From positions 1 through 47,562 of the forward strand of contig JACQMB010000148.1 of assembly GCA_016203765.1 (NCBI GenBank): 47,562 bases of DNA. The letters are read 5' to 3'. This document shows positions 45,637 to 47,562 of this stretch, one piece after another. Position 1 is the first letter of the stretch. The number at the start of each line of letters is the position of its first letter. The notes below the pieces were generated by a model. That model saw only the letters and a list, made by a program, of their open reading frames with translations. It did no database searches and had not been told where the DNA came from. Both the position numbers and the translations under genes were made by a program. The DNA comes from Deltaproteobacteria bacterium (GTDB lineage Bacteria; UBA10199; SPLOWO2-01-44-7).

Positions 45637-46986
45637 CTAAAGCGAAAAAATAACCTTCCCTCCCGCGATGTGGCGGGTGCGATCAAAAAAATCGTTGTCG
45701 TTTTCTGAACCGATAAACCGGTAAAAAAGGCGGGAGGCAAAATTCGGCTTCCAATGCCGCGTCACTCCCGCGTAAAGATCCCAGACATGATCTTCCCTTG
45801 TTCGGGTATCCAATGCGGAGAGGGATTGAAAATTGGGATAGCTCCCCCAGCTGAATCCGCCCGACAGATCCAGATCGGTCTTTTTGACGAAGACGAGCGG
45901 CATATGCGCTCCGGCGCGCGTCAGCGCTCCCCATCGGTCGAAATTGTCTCCACGCGTTCTGTCGAAATTGCCTTCCCCTTTGATGAAGAAAAAGGTCTTG
46001 AAGTTCGATTTGTAAAAATATTGGGTGAGTCCCATGCCGCCGCGGATGCCGTCGCGGGAGGAGATGGCGGGATTGGCGCCGTCCGACGCATATTCCAAAA
46101 TGCCGAAGCGCCCGTAGAAATGCGTTTGCGTTTTGGGGAAAAAGGAGGTGTCGGCGCTGGCGTAAAACCGGTTGACGATCGAGAAAAGATTCGTTTTCAG
46201 CAAATTGGCGCGAAAATCGTATCGTCCCCCCAAAAGAACCGAGCGCTTGCCGGCGAAAACGCGCCGTTTGGAATCAAAGGCGATTCCTTGAGAGGTGAAA
46301 TCGGCGTCTCTGGCCCCTTCGGTGTGAAGGTAGGCTTCGCCGATATATAAAATATCGGCGCGAAAATTTCTCTTTAACCATAAAGGATATCCGGCATTGA
46401 GTTCCACCATGAAACGAGCGGCATCGGCCTTGTTTCTTGACGATAAATTGCCGTTGTTGGGGACCAGCAAAGGATTGCTGTCATAGGCAACCCCTCCTTT
46501 TCCGATAACATACGCTTTCTTTTTTACGGGCTTACCGGCCGTGCGGATATTTTCGCGCAAGCGGTTTAATTGGGCCTCCGCCCAATGACGGTATTCTGCG
46601 GAAGAGGCCTTCCGGGAAACGAAGCGAAGTTCTCTCCGGGCCTTTTCATATTCCTCCAGCTTGATGTAGGCCAGGCCCAGAAAGAGCCGCGCGGGGATAT
46701 CGCCCGGATAGGCCGCGAGGATTTGCCGGTAAAGTTGAATCGCTCTTGTCACTTGGTGCAATTTTTCCAAAGTCAGGGCGCGGTAGCGCAAGAGAAGCGG
46801 ATCGTTCGGGTATTTTTTCAAAAGGGCGTCGCATTCCTTCAGTGCCTTCTCATATTTTTTGTTTCGAAATGTTTTGACAAAGGAACTGACAAGAAATTCT
46901 TTGGTGGAAATCTCCCTTGCAAAAGAGGCGGCGCCGATGAAAAAAACCGTCGCAAAAAGCAAAACCACCCAAAATGATTTTCGCAA
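45637..46986 (-). CDS. Outer-membrane protein: signal peptide + TPR + beta-barrel (third copy of this architecture)
   Basis: TTG start with AAGGAG 8 nt upstream. MRKSFWVVLLFATVFFIGAASFA, then TPR helices (YEKALKECDALLKKYPNDPLLLRYRALTLEKL...ARLFLGLAYIKLEEYEKARRELRFV), then a strand-rich ~300 aa region. Confidence 0.62.
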   Translation of the reverse strand: MRKSFWVVLLFATVFFIGAASFAREISTKEFLVSSFVKTFRNKKYEKALKECDALLKKYPNDPLLLRYRALTLEKLHQVTRAIQLYRQILAAYPGDIPARLFLGLAYIKLEEYEKARRELRFVSRKASSAEYRHWAEAQLNRLRENIRTAGKPVKKKAYVIGKGGVAYDSNPLLVPNNGNLSSRNKADAARFMVELNAGYPLWLKRNFRADILYIGEAYLHTEGARDADFTSQGIAFDSKRRVFAGKRSVLLGGRYDFRANLLKTNLFSIVNRFYASADTSFFPKTQTHFYGRFGILEYASDGANPAISSRDGIRGGMGLTQYFYKSNFKTFFFIKGEGNFDRTRGDNFDRWGALTRAGAHMPLVFVKKTDLDLSGGFSWGSYPNFQSLSALDTRTREDHVWDLYAGVTRHWKPNFASRLFYRFIGSENDNDFFDRTRHIAGGKVIFSL

Positions 46987-47096
46987 ATTTCGACTCCTTT
47001 TGGAGGCGGGAAATAAAAGAAAACGGAAAGGGTGTCAAATCCATTTATAATTTTATGCGACACGCTTCCCGCCTCAGGGCCGAAAAATCTTTCGAA

Positions 47097-47297
47097 TCAT
47101 GGCTGCCCGGGCAGAAAGCCTGATTCATCGAGAAACAGGAGGCGGGCACCAAGTCTTCGGGCTTTTTTTGAACCGAGGCCACTCGGCCCTTTTCCAGCGC
47201 TCGATCGCCTCCCCATCCCGCTCCCGGACCCGCGTCGCCAGAGGTGATTGGGATGATAGGAAACACTGAACCGCTTCCGGATCACCTCGTGGTCTTA
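47097..47297 (-). mobile_element. IS630-family transposase remnant (frameshifted and truncated)
   Basis: Two frames give FSVSYHPNHLW / ERDGEAIERWKRAEWPRFKKK / KKARRLGARLLFLDESGFL. This resembles the IS630 region up to the first catalytic D. The frame switches at an A7 run, and no continuation follows DESGF. Confidence 0.6.
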
Positions 47298-47350
47298 TGG
47301 AACCCGCATATCACAAAACACCCAACATTGTTCGCCTCTTTTTTGTTGTT

Positions 47351-47377
47351 TGGCGGAGAGGGAGGGATTTTCCCTCG
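47351..47377 (-). repeat. Second copy of the tRNA-Ser 3' end (T-arm 3' half + acceptor 3' strand + CCA)
   Basis: Minus strand reads CGAGGGAAAATCCCTCCCTCTCCGCCA. A 17-nt core (AAATCCCTCCCTCTCCG) is identical to 47501-47517 in the tRNA. Confidence 0.7.
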
Positions 47378-47500
47378 GGCTTTTGCCCTCGGGACTTCCT
47401 CGCGCACCCACCTCGCTCGTACTCGGTGGGTTCCCGCGCTCGGTCGGAACAAGGAACCCAATCCAAAACTTCCTCTCCGGCTGACCCCTGCGGGGCCATC

Positions 47501-47562
47501 CGGAGAGGGAGGGATTTGAACCCTCGATACACCTTTTGGGCGTATACTGGTTTAGCAAACCA
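47501..47562 (-). tRNA. tRNA-Ser(GCU), 3' two-thirds (5' part lies beyond the window end)
   Basis: Minus strand shows anticodon loop TTGCTAA (GCT), a long variable arm TATAC-GCCCAAAAG-GTGTA, T-arm GAGGG-TTCAAAT-CCCTC, acceptor CCTCTCC and discriminator G. No CCA is encoded at this copy. Confidence 0.8.

Noticed and set aside
44749-45708. 319-aa plus-strand ORF (S/T/V/P-rich) fully antisense to the acidic-protein gene.
   Set aside because: It is the mirror image of GAA/GAG/GAC-rich codons, so it stays open by composition. The minus-strand ORF has an RBS, a signal peptide and operon context, and the plus-strand ORF has none of these. It still deserves a strand-specific RNA check.
47378-47500. 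Intron (group I or archaeal-type) inside the tRNA-Ser gene.
   Set aside because: The proximal tRNA copy is already complete through the discriminator base. The extra DNA lies after the 3' end, not in the anticodon loop or T-loop, so it is a duplication rather than an intervening sequence.

Overview
Gene-dense chromosomal segment with about 55 protein genes. It comes from a moderately GC-rich bacterium with an outer membrane, since many OM beta-barrel, TolC and RND genes are present. There is no rRNA and no CRISPR array. Housekeeping genes recognised from motifs: mitochondrial-type aconitase, hemN, fumC, acs, ispH, a futalosine-type radical SAM enzyme, a PfkB kinase and an HpnA-like epimerase. 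Functional clusters: (i) a CysO/Mec/MoeZ/CysM-type protein-thiocarboxylate cysteine cluster (12070-16568). It is interrupted by an AAA+/nuclease-like ATPase plus an AT-rich segment carrying a small orphan gene. (ii) A cusCBA-type Cu/Ag efflux operon with two unusual accessory genes. (iii) A split saccharopine-pathway (LKR + SDH) lysine catabolic cluster whose LKR gene carries an in-frame TAG. (iv) A TPR-barrel / FecR / CHASE2-cyclase envelope signalling module. The most interesting theme is three copies of one architecture: signal peptide, then TPR, then a ~300 aa outer-membrane beta-barrel (688-2109, 39889-41118, 45637-46986). Each is followed directly by signal-peptide proteins of unrecognisable family. 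This resembles Slam/type XI secretion logic, and the 557-3984 locus is my best candidate for an undescribed export system. The right edge holds a partial tRNA-Ser(GCU), a second copy of its 3' end and an IS630-type transposase remnant. All functions are inferred by eye from motifs and architecture. No searches were run.
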